A stretch of DNA of 64,000 nt from Utricularia gibba. Its lineage: Eukaryota > Plantae > Magnoliophyta. This document shows, one piece after another, positions 26,175-39,035 of this stretch (within the stretch, counting starts at the first letter, position 1; every line of letters begins with the position of its first letter). A program made the position numbers and the translations under genes. The notes below the pieces were generated by a model. It saw only the letters and a list, made by a program, of their open reading frames with translations, did not search any database and was not told the DNA's origin. The DNA lies in contig NEEC01000002.1 in the NCBI GenBank assembly GCA_002189035.1, forward strand, positions 6,448,001 through 6,512,000, read 5' to 3'.

Positions 26175-27892
26175 TTACACTGGTATAACATCAATTTTCG
26201 ACGAGTCTTCGCATCCCAACACAATGCCCTCTATACTGGCTGGAAGGATAAATTTGGTCCACTGGCATCCGGTTGAGAAGGATTCGGATGGAGGAACGAT
26301 CATCAGGACATTCTCATTACGCTGTACCACACCCATAACGCTCACACTGCTACCTTCTTTGATGTACCTAATTAATGGGGTGGGGCTGGGGTTACTAAGA
26401 AACCAAAAAATGGCACAGAAAGACATTTGCAGCATGTGGAACAGCCATCCAGCTTGTGCAGAGGATAATGTGGTGCATCTTACCCTTCTTTGAGTCGCAT
26501 AGTGCGGTCATCACTTGAGAGGCCACGTTGTCCTAACCATCTGATTAATTCAGGGGACATGTCGTTATTAGAAGGGTTAATGTCAACAACCACAGTTTCA
26601 TCAACATAAGGAGTCACCCTTGCACCACACCCAGCCTTGACCAACGCCCTTAACCCAGACTGGAAGTCAGAAATGTAGAAGTCGACCACATGCCTCTGGG
26701 ATAGTGAAGAATGAAAATTTTGGATCAAGGACAAGCCAGCATATGCTACTGTTACTACTATAGCAACAAGTGAGCAACTCACCTCCAAGGTTCGAAGGCC
26801 CCAAGTGAAGCGGCGATGAGTAGGATTAGCTGCCTTGGAATCCCATCCACGGTATTCATATAAACTTGTTGATGTATAAACACATCGAGGAACCTTTTGG
26901 AATGATGATTCAAGAGGTACGTTTCCACAGGTAACAACCTTGAAAATTCCAAACCAAGAGCTATCAAGGAACACTTTCAAATGCAACAAAATCTCAGTGA
27001 CACGTTAAAAAAGAGCATACCCCCGAAACTTTGACAAACTGGCCATCTTTTGCTGATCGTAATTCTGTATCTGGATAGCTTGCTATGAAATCACTGATAG
27101 CCCTCCGTCCCCAGAAACTATTCCATGTAAATACTGCAAGCACTGCAGCAAATAAGATAACAACCACAACAAGAAGAATGGGATTGCGAACCGCAGCAAG
27201 GATGAAACCACCAGCAATGAAACCCATGACAAAGAGAAGAATGATTGCCCAAAGAATCAACTTTGGGAAACTCTTGCGAAATGAATACTCATCGTCCAGG
27301 CTGAGGTGTGTCACAGCCTGGTTGTTCAATATAGAAGCATTGTGGATCTTCAGTGAAGACTTTGATTCCAATGGACCAGATGCCTTCCGTTGAGCTCCTG
27401 AAGAATTCAGCGGCCCAGATGTAATAGGCCCTGAGGTAATAGACCGGTGGTAGGCAAAACAGGAGGAAGAGGTCCAGAATTCTGGCGAGAAGTAACGGTG
27501 CCTCCTCCCTGAGGACCTGATAATTTTTTCATTGGTTCACCATGTTTGTTTAGTGGTCCAGAATTTGTCTTCTTCATAGAAGCAGATCCAGGAATGCTTC
27601 CAGTAGAGGCAGAAGCACGACTCACAGAATTCAGTTGGCCTGAATGGCTAGTTGCTCCACCAAAAGAGCCAGTCCTTGAAGGGGCATTGTTAATAGGACC
27701 AGATTTTCGAGACCTGGTACTATCCGTAGGAATATCGAACATTTTACCAAGTTCCCCAGATTTCTTGATATCACCTCCAGTATAAGGCATGGCAACCGAG
27801 CTTATGATTGGAGCCTTCTCTTTTGGCTGCTCTGGCCGGCCCGATACATAAAGGCCATTGCTCAGTTGATGAGATGGAAATCGTGAACCCAT
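26175..27892 (-). CDS. SHOU4: SHOU4/SHOU4L-like membrane protein; one apparent frameshift near 27440
   Basis: MGSRFPSHQLSNGLYVSGRPEQPKEK..PYTGGDIKKSGELGKMFDI, two TM helices, VVTCGNVPLESSFQ and KIDVIPV*. Confidence 0.88.
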
Positions 27893-30800
27893 GTTTCCAG
27901 CCAAACCACTAAGTAATACCAGACACTTGATTAGTAACCAACGTAAAGAAGACCAGCAGCTTGTCCTCGGACTACGTGCTCATTGGTATGGTTATCTCTC
28001 TTCCACTGGGTTCTTTACCTAGAACACCATCGTCAATCATGAGAAGCTAAAATCCTCTTACAAATTTTATCACTACTAGAAAGGGAGAAAAGGAAGAATA
28101 TGGCATGAAAATACCGGAAACAAAATGGGTTAATGCCAGCTACTTTCCCAAATCACGGAATTAATGCCTAACTCCTTTACGTGACCCGCATACACAAATG
28201 CCCAATCTAGGAAAAAACCATGTGAAAAAATGCCTATCCATCAAAAGTAGCAGAATTTCAAGAACTCAAAACAATTCCAACAACCTAAGTGGCGAACTGT
28301 CAGACTAAGCCGCCATTTATAGCCTAAGACAAAAAGAAACCAATGAGAGATCACTCAAATGCTCGCAATCTATGTATAAATGTAAATCAGAAACGTCCGA
28401 CGAAAACCCATGTCAAAACCCCAGATCTGAGAGGAAATAAACATGACTCAGTCATCGGTACCGACAAGACGACGACCAGAACAGATACTACTGTCAGTAG
28501 TGACAGGAATCACAGCACTAATCAATGTAAACACTAGAAACACGTGAAAACCAAATTCCCAGTACGAAGTCTAAACGACGACTTCTCAGATCCAAAAACA
28601 CCCCCAGCCAAAGACAACGGATCGGGCATAGAGAAACTCGATAATTCAAAATCAAGCTCTAGTCAATGCTTCCAGATGCGAAGAAATCAAGAATCCCATA
28701 AACCAAAAAAAAAAAAAAGAATCCTGTAAAACCCCAACGCTCCAAAAGTAGAAACTAGTAGAACTAAAAACCCCCCATTGACTGACTTCGAGAATATTCC
28801 ACACACCCAGAAACCATCCCACAAAATGCCCGCTACACCCATTGCAATCACAACTCATCAGCACAAAGGATCACAGAATCCCCCCTAAAAACACAAGAAA
28901 AGAAACACCATTCTCCCCAGAAAAGCAACAAAAGTAGAAGAAACAAACCTGAACAGAAGCAGCAGAAGAAGAAGAGGAAAGTGGGAGAGACATGTGGAAT
29001 CAGGTGGTTGGAAAGCGTTAGGCCTGAAGCGTAGAGATGGAAGGAATATAGGAAATGGGGGAGTAGGACTCGGGAGGCGTCCGCAGTTACCTCAAGTGCA
29101 AAATAACAAACACCTCATCTGCTCCCTCTGTTCCTCTATCAGTTCCTCTCTTCCCTCCGCAGCTGCCGAGATCACGTGAAATTACACTTTTGCCCATCTC
29201 TCTCCACACCCAAAGAACTTTTCATTTTCCAGTAAAAAAGGATATCTAGTTTTTAGTTTCCCAAAATTAATTATAAAAAAAGCCCCACGGGCGCACATAT
29301 TTAAATAGAACTAGGTATTAGGCTTTAGCTATGAAATTGAAATATATAAAAAAAATATGTTAATATAAATACCTGAATAATAAATATATTTGATTTATAA
29401 ATTGAAATTAGGATCAAAATTGTTTTATTTATATTAAAATATAATTTATGTTATTATTATTTTTAATATAATAAAAAGGAATAAAAGATCAAAATATTAA
29501 TGTAAATCAAACATTCCAAATACTTTGTTATCCAAATAATTTTGGATTAGTTTTGGAGATCTTTTATTTAGCACTGTTGTTTGGTAAGAAATTTAAATTA
29601 AATCAATAGTTTAATTTAAATAAATTTAACTTTACTATATGTGTTTATTAAAATAAAATCAAATCAAATATATATTTTATGTTAATTCAAATTTATAAAT
29701 AATATTTTATCTTAAACCGCACATCGAAAATTTTAAAATAAATTATAAAACGCAACATAAATAATTTATTTTTTGAATTTACAAAAATCACCCCCAATAT
29801 TATTGCATTAAATATATTGTAAAATCGATATATTCCTAACTACCCACCTAAAAATCATAAATTCAATTATGCGTGTATTCTACTTTTAGATATTTTAATT
29901 ATTATTATTATTCTATTTATCAAATTATGGCAACCTACTGTTAGAATAAGCGACTGCAGTCGTAGGGCATGCTTAAAATATCAAACTAGGAGTTGACTGG
30001 ATTTTCACGAGCAGTTTGAGATTAATATTTAATAATTTGTTTAACGTAGAAGATTGGATTACGGAATTTTTTAAATAAAATTAATTTAATTTTAAAATTT
30101 CTGGGTTTTTACTCCTTTCCCTTTCAAGCTTGCTTTCAAATTTTTACTTCTTTCCCTTTCCATTTTGCTTTCGAATTTCCCTCCATCCCTTCATTTGACT
30201 TGGCTTTTAAGGCGATCTCTTTTTTTCTTTTCTTTTATTTTTGGTTTTTTTTGGCATTAATGGATGGGTGAATGTGATAAGCAAGCACCAACTAACAAAC
30301 TTGTCTCCACTCTCGCAAAAATAAGAAAAAACGAACCTTGGCACCAGCAGGGAGTAATGGTATCCACAGTGGAGGGGATTGCACTGATCAAGGAGGAGGA
30401 TGACCGTACGATTGAGTGCAGTGGAGGCATCCTGACGTATTTGTAGGAAAAAAACAGAAGGGGGTTTCTGGTAAGAGCCTCTGATTCCCCTGCTGTGGAT
30501 TGTGGCTGAAACAGTAGGCATTTGTGGGTTCTGGATGGGAGCTCAGGGAGAAGCAGCTGGCTCTCCTAGTGGCGGCTCTTACCTGCAAGTTTAGTCCAAA
30601 AAATGGTAAGAGTCATGTGTCTTGTGTGATTGCTTTGAAGAAACGTGCAGCAGCACTAAAATGGGAGGATGTCAAAGAGCAAGCTATGGTGGCTGCTAAA
30701 TCATCACCATTTACCAGTTTCCGCAATGGAGATCATGTAGCAGGCCTTGAAAGACAGAGCACTTGACATTTTTTTTTGGTATCAAGTATGCTGGCTCTGG

Positions 30801-30948
30801 CATAGCTTCATCTTGGGGCATTTGCAGTAAAAAGATATCCAGAAAACTATTACCTCTTGCAGGGTAAGGTAGGACATCCCCGGCAAAAAATTACAGTTTT
30901 CGTATCAAACATGAGATCCTGTTCCATAAGAAGTCATGCATTTATCTC

Positions 30949-33102
30949 TCACAACGCCTTACCAAGCATGATACATTCCAAGAACTTTAGAGCCCCTGGG
31001 AAATGTTTCATCCAGGGGTTCATCTTGGCACGTCTCAGTATGACATGGGAGCCTTCATTTGGGTGGCATCCATCAATTTTCATGTGTTTAAACAGGGAAA
31101 TGATAGCTGAGAACTTTCCAGTCTTGAGCATAGCCTTAAGTAATGTGTTGTAAATGTAAATATCAGGAAGGATTCCATTCTCCCGCATTTGATCTCGGAA
31201 ATAAAGAGCATCTAAGATCTTGCCTTGCTTGCAGAGGCTGTAAATATAGCAACCATAGGTGCTAGCATCAGGAATTACATTCCTGGAGAACATTTCCCTT
31301 AAAAGTTTATATACGAGCATACTGTTGTCTTTTTGTGTAGCAGCACGGATTAATATATTATATGAAGCAGTATCGGGTGAAACTCCAACCTCCTTGAGAC
31401 GGTTGAACAACTCTTTGGCAAGTCCAAGGTGCTGGTTCTTGCAGAGACCAGCAAGGAGGGTGTTGAGGGTTACAGTGTTAGGTTGAGGACCATCAACCAC
31501 CATGGATTCCACAAGCTGTAAGCAATCCTTGATTTTTCCAGCAGCACAATAGTACTGAATCAAACATGTGGCACTTACAACATCAAGCCTTATTCCCTCA
31601 TATCCCATCCGCCTCAAAATGCACCTCACCAAAGCTGAATCTGCATGTTTGCATGCAACAGACAGAATGGTGTTGAAGGAGAACAAATCAGGCCCATTGG
31701 TACAACATTTTATATGGTTCAGCACTTTAAGAGCATCACCAACATTCCTTTCCCTGCAAAGCCCTTTCAGATATGTGTTGAAGGATACAGTGGTAGGCCT
31801 CAAGCCATTCTCCAGCATAATTTTCATAATGGGCAAAGCTTCTCTCGAACTACCACTGTTGCATGCAGAATGTAAATATATGTTGTATACAGCTTCATCC
31901 AGGGTGTATCCCCGTGAAATAATATGATCCAGAAACCTAGCAGCAGTATCCACTTGACCCCTCTTGAGCAACTCTCCACTCAAAGCAGCATAAGTATACT
32001 TATCACATACCAAGCCCTTCACATCAATAACATGAAGAAGATTGCCAATTTCTTCTACCCTACCTTGACGACAAAGTTCACGAATCACAATATTATATGT
32101 AATCAAGTCGGGCTCACATCCATTATTTTCCATGGTTTCAAGAAGTTGAAGGGCCTGATCAATTTGCGCATCATCACACAGAAGCTTAATGACATTAGTG
32201 TAAGTAATAAGATTAGGCGTGAATCCAACACTCTCCATTGCATCAAGCACATGAAAAACTTCATCCCACATCTTCTTTTTTCCAAGAACATAGACCAATG
32301 CAGTGTACGAGTAAATCGAGAGCATTAAACCCTTCTTTTCTAACAACCCAAAAAATGCAAAAACTTCATAACGCTGTCCACCCTTAGACATAGCCCATAA
32401 AATAGGATTGTAAATAAAGGTACTAGCTGAAAATCCACTGTCCAAGAGTACCATAAACAAGTAATATGCCTCTCGTATCATCCCACATTTACACAATGCT
32501 TGGATAACAACACTTACATCATGTTGGCTTGGATAGATGCTGGTGCTCAGCATCATTTCAATCACCGACACAGCATTCAAAAAACTCCCGGCTTCCAACA
32601 GTGCCTTGAGAATCATTTCAAGTTCTCTGTATGTTGGTAAAAAAACGTTCTTTATCATTTCCTCCAAAACTAAAACTGCATCATTCCAGCCACCAACAGC
32701 GATAAATCCATTCAACAGAATTTGGAAAGTAAGCCTATCTGGTCTTGGCACGGATTCTTTCATTTTTAAATAGAGCTCATGTAAACCATCAACGGTTACA
32801 TTTGCCGAGTTAAGATAGCACATAGTCATGTAGTTAAAATCATGAACACGACATTTACCAGGATAGCACCTGTGCAATGTGTTTAGAGTCTCATGTGCTT
32901 TCCTTGTGTTATTTGAGGTCACATCTCTGCGAAATTTATCCCGCAACTCTTTGTAGCAAGGGAAGTTCGCCGAAGCGCAATCATCAGTTGAAAAGTCAGA
33001 ATCTTGAATAGCAGCCGCGCACCACGAAGCACGCAAGCTCACTAGGCGGAAGGGAAGCCGCAATCTCCGCGCTGATAAGACATACAAACTGCAATACCGC
33101 AT
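30949..33102 (-). CDS. P-class PPR protein (717 aa, intronless)
   Basis: Tandem 35-aa PPR motifs (PNLITYTNVIKLLC, PDLITYNIVIRELC, PDTASYNILIR) and an Arg-rich organellar-type N-terminus. Confidence 0.93.
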   Translation of the reverse strand: MRYCSLYVLSARRLRLPFRLVSLRASWCAAAIQDSDFSTDDCASANFPCYKELRDKFRRDVTSNNTRKAHETLNTLHRCYPGKCRVHDFNYMTMCYLNSANVTVDGLHELYLKMKESVPRPDRLTFQILLNGFIAVGGWNDAVLVLEEMIKNVFLPTYRELEMILKALLEAGSFLNAVSVIEMMLSTSIYPSQHDVSVVIQALCKCGMIREAYYLFMVLLDSGFSASTFIYNPILWAMSKGGQRYEVFAFFGLLEKKGLMLSIYSYTALVYVLGKKKMWDEVFHVLDAMESVGFTPNLITYTNVIKLLCDDAQIDQALQLLETMENNGCEPDLITYNIVIRELCRQGRVEEIGNLLHVIDVKGLVCDKYTYAALSGELLKRGQVDTAARFLDHIISRGYTLDEAVYNIYLHSACNSGSSREALPIMKIMLENGLRPTTVSFNTYLKGLCRERNVGDALKVLNHIKCCTNGPDLFSFNTILSVACKHADSALVRCILRRMGYEGIRLDVVSATCLIQYYCAAGKIKDCLQLVESMVVDGPQPNTVTLNTLLAGLCKNQHLGLAKELFNRLKEVGVSPDTASYNILIRAATQKDNSMLVYKLLREMFSRNVIPDASTYGCYIYSLCKQGKILDALYFRDQMRENGILPDIYIYNTLLKAMLKTGKFSAIISLFKHMKIDGCHPNEGSHVILRRAKMNPWMKHFPGALKFLECIMLGKAL

Positions 33103-33753
33103 TCAAGAGAACTCCAGGAGCAGAAAAGCGATTACGGTATAACAGCAGCCCTGAGTTGAATCAATAAAAATCCTCATCTGGAACAAAAATGCTAACGCAG
33201 AACCAAGTATCGAAATATCCCCATCTGACGTAGAACAGTTTAGGGAACTGAGCTCCTCCGAAGCGGGAAATGCTCAAACGCGGCTGCTGAATCTGCGGTG
33301 GGCGAAGGCGGCGCCGCCGGGTACAGCCACGTTTCAAGCCTCGTACCACCGCTTCAATTCTGGGTCGTTTTTTGACCTGTTTAGATCCGAGCCTTGGTCA
33401 GGGTTTAGGTGAAAATTTGAGTTGGGGTTTATGTCAAAATTCCAGAAAAGTAAGGACCCAGTTTGGATTTATCCCATAATTAGTTCTGAATGTTAGTCCA
33501 CACAAATAAACTAGTGTAATCTAAAACATAATTTACAAAATAGGGTTCCAAGAACATGATTTATCACACAGATGCTCAAGATGGAAAGAATCAACCTGGT
33601 GACAAAGGACTCAGCTGAGGTATACATCATCATAGTGAAATGGAATCCCAGTACTTGTAAAATGCACAACATACGTTGCTCAGTTTCTGGTTACCAATGA
33701 TGATGAACGGAATGGGATGAAGCAGAAGATGAAAAGAGAAGGTGATCGGTTGG

Positions 33754-35115
33754 TTATCTTGTCCACCACCAAAAGATGATGACAATGACCATGGTTAATG
33801 CCATCCCTCCGTACTTGATCCATTTGTCTACACGGTTGCGTCTCTCAATGAGGCGTAGGAGAGAGTTTGATAGACCAAGAGTGTTGAGAACATCCAGTGC
33901 TTTCCTCTGAGCTCTCTGTGCAAATCACAAAAGAAATGGAAGTTTAACTGGTTGGGAAAGGATTAGTCTCACACAATGTAAGGGGAGGAGGCACCTTTAA
34001 GCGATCGCGTTGTGAGCTGTAGTTGGAAAGAATGGCAATACCAGTAGACAAGGTATCCTCCAGTAGTCTAGATGAGTTGCGCACTGATGCCATTGCTTGT
34101 GCTTCCTCGTCGAAGACTCTCAGAATATGCGAATCACCATTCTGGAAAGTGTAACCACAAACCATTAGAGATAAGAGTTGAGCATATGAAAATACATGAA
34201 TTATCCAGAGTTTTCGAGAAAAAAAAAGGCATACAGCTCGCCCTAGAAGTTCTTCCCGCTCTAGGACCTGTTGAATTCTCTGTTGTTGTCTCATTTGGTA
34301 TTTATCAAGACTCCCCTTGAATGAATCCGCCTCCTCGCCAACATGTTCAACTTTTCTGAACAGAAACGGTGAAGTAATCCTTCTTAGTTCTATAGATGGA
34401 AAAGACCTGTACTGTGAATCATATTATAGTTCACTGAAGAGCAACAATTTGCAAAATATCATTCCCATAATCTGTGATTCATCACCAAAAAGATGCCTTT
34501 CAGAGTTCAGAATCCACTGAAAACTTCCATACAAAGTAGCAGAAGTTGAAGACAGAACATTTCAGGGATGCTGTTTATCTGGGATACAATGAAGATGTGT
34601 ACAAGAATGATGGCGTTCAACAGACCCCTGATCACACTAAGAAACCCAACCAGCGGCAACACTTCCGTGATGACAAGAAAAAACCTATAAATCGAACTTG
34701 AACATTTCTGTTCATCTCAGTTTGAAAATGCAATCTTTCATATAATCAAGTAATCCCTGATTGTAGAACTGATTTCATATAACCAACCTAACGCACAAAA
34801 TCCTACAAACAAGCGCGAAAAAAAAAAAAACCTTTTCCAGAGATCACGCGTTGGCTTCGAAGGAATGGAACGCCAGAGACGATCCATATCAGAGCAAAGA
34901 CTCAAGATCTCAGATATCTCTCTTCGAATTGTGGTCGCTTGATCGTCCGACGATCCCGACACCACAGCGCTAGACGAGGAGAGCGAAGATGAAGACGCCG
35001 ATGTATACTCCAGGCGCTCAAGCCTCTCCAAACCATCTTTCACCTTGAGAGACAATTTTCTAGCTTGAGAGTACAATTCCGATAGATCCCCACCGCCGCC
35101 GCCTCCCACCGCCAT
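33754..35115 (-). CDS. MEMB11: Membrin (Golgi Qb-SNARE), 4 exons
   Basis: DGLERLERLE..DRLWRSIP..RDLWKR|KVEHVGEE..|HILRVFDEEAQAM..QRDRLK|RAQRKALDVLNTLGLSNSLLRLIERRNRVDKWIKYGGM, followed by a TM tail. Confidence 0.95.
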
Positions 35116-35435
35116 CACCAATCCTCGCGGTAAACGCCGGTCGATCTCGTAGGATTTCTGTTTATAAACTTGATTCCCATTTTTTCACCATTTTATCGTT
35201 CAAGAATATTTTTTACCGCTTTATTTATTATTTACCGCGGTAAATCCCTGACTAATCCGGAATCTTATTCGCAGTAAAATAAAATTACTACAAAATCAAC
35301 GTGTTTATTTCCTGGAGGAAGAACAATTTCAAATTGCGTAGTAAAAAGCTCTTCGTCGTCTCTCTCGACTCACCTCCAATCCCTGTACTTGAGCTTCTCC
35401 TTGTGGAACAGAGGAATGATACTCTCCTTCAATGC

Positions 35436-37793
35436 CTATGAGCTTGCCTGGATTTGGATGGGATGATTATGAATCCTTTGATTTCGTCGTTGCTGGTGAT
35501 CCCGATTGCTCGTCTGCTGTGCCGGAGGTTGTTGGGAGTAACCCGATCGCCATCTCAGGCACTCCATCAGAAGAGAGTTTATGGTGATGGTGACGCCGTA
35601 CCCGGAGAGGGATGAGAGCAGCACAGCCAAAATAGCGTTCATGTTGAACTGGAGGAGCAATTTTGCAGTTGGGAAACACAGAAGGGATGAAGGGAGAAAA
35701 AAGAAGGAGGCTTACCATGTTATAGAAGATGTGAGCAAACAAGATCACTGCTGCAAATTGGAAAGAAGCGTAAGCCCATATGTAGCTCCTGCTCACTGCC
35801 AAGCATCACAGGAACTGTTCATCTTCTTTGAAGATTCAGCTTATGTGTATGATCAGGTACAAAGGAAGCATGTTTTACCCATGGTTGATGCGATCATCGA
35901 TGATATAAACCCGAGAGCAAACGAAAATGGCACCGTGATGATGAGAGCACGGACTCTCATTCTGAAAAACTATCAAGGGATAATTCAGAGTAAGAGATAG
36001 GAGAATCCAACCCCTGATCATATTTTCACTTGTAGACTGAGCCAAGGGGGACATGCCACAGACAAATGTATCTTGCTTTCACTACTTTTCACTGCTCAAG
36101 ATCTATTGGTGAATATGGTTAAAGAATAGGAGAAGGACAGAGGAAGGATTCACTACCAGAAGCTGCTCGAGGAAGCCGAAATATGCAAGTATGCTGACTA
36201 CGACAAGAACAGGGACATCCTGCCAAAACCTGCCAAGAGATGAAGTAGCTATGTAACTACAGAGCAAGTCTTCCTACTGATTCAATTATATTAGTTGACT
36301 GAGAGATGTTAAGAGCTTGCCTGAAGTAGCCTCTCCTTTCCTCACTTTGTTGCTGTGCAATGAGCGGTCTTGGAATATGAGTAGGTCGATTTTGCACTCT
36401 CAGCAATGTTACAGAAAGGTTTTGAACTTCCTGCTTGCAGACATCACACGTTTTGTTGCCTTTAATGCTAAACCACTTGATTGCGCAATCTTTGTGGGCA
36501 AGGGCCATCTCCCCCTTGCAACTGCACTCCATTTTCAGCGTTTCTCCCCTTCATTAAGCTCAACTAAGCAAATCCTGCAAACTGCTTCTTCTTCAGGAAT
36601 GTCTTCCCCAGCATCATCTAATAGGATGTAGAAGTCAAGCGAAAAGTAGAACACCCAACTTGGAGCCGATCACAGTTACTCAAATGTATACCAGAATGGG
36701 GCTCAGGTGGAACGCCCGTGGGTGAATTTTCCTCTATGGTTGGCCTATGCAATGATATAACACGCATCAGGGCTCCAGAAGAGTTAGCCCTGCCCAGGCT
36801 TCTGTCGTTCACTGGAACCGATAACGAGCGCTTCATGCGTGTGCTAACCTCATCCTGCAGCAGAAACTGAATTTCATCCAGGGTACAGAGAGAACACAGA
36901 ACAGGGCATGAGATACACTTGGAAGAGATCATTCTCACCGTCTTAGTTTGATGGTCTAACTGATGATACGAAGGCAAGGGCTTATGATCAGCATTTCCCA
37001 TTGGTGTCACTGGTAAGGAACGCGATGACTTAGAGAAGAAGACTCGGTTCAGTGGGAAGGACCTAGAAGTTGAAGGCTGATCTAGAGAGGGCACTTCTGT
37101 GACAATGGAAATCATTTCCTCAGATTCCAAACTCGAGCTTCTGTCCCTGAAATTCTTCTGGTGAATCAAGTTCTTCACAGATGACTTGAATTTTGCTGAA
37201 CTGGGCCTCGGCGGCAACCCTGATCTGGTAGAAGCTGGACTTGGAGTATAAGATCTTATGCCATCATGAAGTTCCCGGTCCAAAGTTTTCATCGGTATTT
37301 CCAATGAAGAAAGATTTGGTTTTCTTGAGTGAATCAACGCAGATTCAGCCTCTTCCTTTTCTGTCTTCTGAAATTCATTTCAAATCATCAAAACAAGCTC
37401 ATCATTCCATAACCAACAAACCGTAAGTAACGCAAGCACAAACACTGCTTTCATTTTGAAGATCCCAAATAGCTTCCTTGATAGAAACCACCCAAGGTTT
37501 CTACTTTCAACCACCCACCAATCCAATCCTAAATTCCCAACACACCCCACAAATTTCTCAAGCAAATAGTGCTACAAACAAGCAGTGAGACGAACTAATT
37601 GACACAAAACCGAAAACTGGATCATGGCTGAAAATATGAGCAACCCAGAAAGTAAAGACAACTCAAAAGAGAAATAAAAGGGAAAGCAAACAAAAAAGAC
37701 CTGATCCTGTAGAAGCTGGATGCTACCGCAATCCCCGTTCTGATCGTAAGTTTTATGAAGCGTTGCTGAAGAGGAGGCATCGTTGTCCGCCAT
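35436..37793 (-). CDS. RING-CH (RINGv/MARCH-like) membrane E3 ligase
   Basis: [48 protein letters not shown] followed by TM exons FWQDVPVL.. and [13 protein letters not shown]. Confidence 0.9.
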
Positions 37794-39035
37794 CACGGAG
37801 CTATGGAAGGATATCACCACTCCCCAACCCTACAGAACACAAGAATTTGAACTTTTCAAGTGTGAAAAACTGACTGACGATTCAGCGCAAAGAAACCACC
37901 TTTTTTTTCCAAGACTAGTCTTTTTTTGTCTAATCAATTTCAACAATGCATCCATCATCTCTGCCACCCAAGCAAACCCCATATTTATGCCGATTCATTC
38001 TTCTATCTCCCCTGCTTTATGCAGATTACGTTAATCTTTCCATCTTATTCTCTACAGCATTATGACCAATAACATGCTTCATAAATGAAGAACAAAAATC
38101 TTAAATGCATTCCTATTTTTACTTTTTTAATTTTAAAATAAAAATTAGATTTTTTTAAAAAAATATTTATTATTTTTCAAAATTTCAGTAGAAAAAAAAG
38201 TTCAGCAACATCTTCTTTTTCTTATTCCCACTTTCCACAAAAAGCTTACCCTATTTGCAATTACATGACTAGGAAATTAAACATCACCCACTTGTGTTAT
38301 TTTTTTCAAAAAATTTGAAAAAAATTTTAGATTTTGAATTGGATCCCAGAATCGAAAAGATAATCGCTCAACATAGTCGATTCAAAACGAACTTCAAAAC
38401 AATATGTTGTTAATTACATGAATCATCATGTTTAAAAAATATTGATCCTTTTTAGATTTAAAAATTCGAAAAATAATAAAATTCCGATTAAACTATTTTA
38501 TTTCGTAAATCCAAGATTCATTGTGAAATTGACAGATGTCCAACTTGATGTGGCAAGTGGGCCATAGTTGTGAGGTGTCACAAGTGGACTCGAATATCAC
38601 CGCCACGGGCTAATTGTTTGAAGTTTCCTGTTTAATTCATTATTTTTTTCCTTCCAATTTATCAGCTTTTCCGCATTTTTAATATATTTTTTAAAAGGTG
38701 TTCTGTTTTTATTTAATATGTATTAATTAATTTTTTTGTTGAATTAATTAATGTAAAAAAAAATTTAATTCAGAGTTGCACTGTAGGCCCAATATTGAGT
38801 TAGCGGGTTTGGGCCGATTAGGCGGAGCCCAGCCCATTAATAGAATATCTGGTTTCCCATTACGGAGTTTCCAGTTTCCCTCCGCTTCTTAATTCTCATT
38901 TCTCACTGACTGTTTTTCAGTCCCTGACAAGTTTCAAAAGCTTGAGGGGTTTCTGTGGAACTTCGTCTGGCCTTTTTTTTTTCTTTAGTGGCGGTAGGGG
39001 TCTGGTCTGCGTTGCTCTGAACACAGGTTTCAGAA

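Noticed and set aside
30411-30421. ATTGAGTGCAG partial match to miR397
   Set aside because: Only 11 nt match and there is no foldback.
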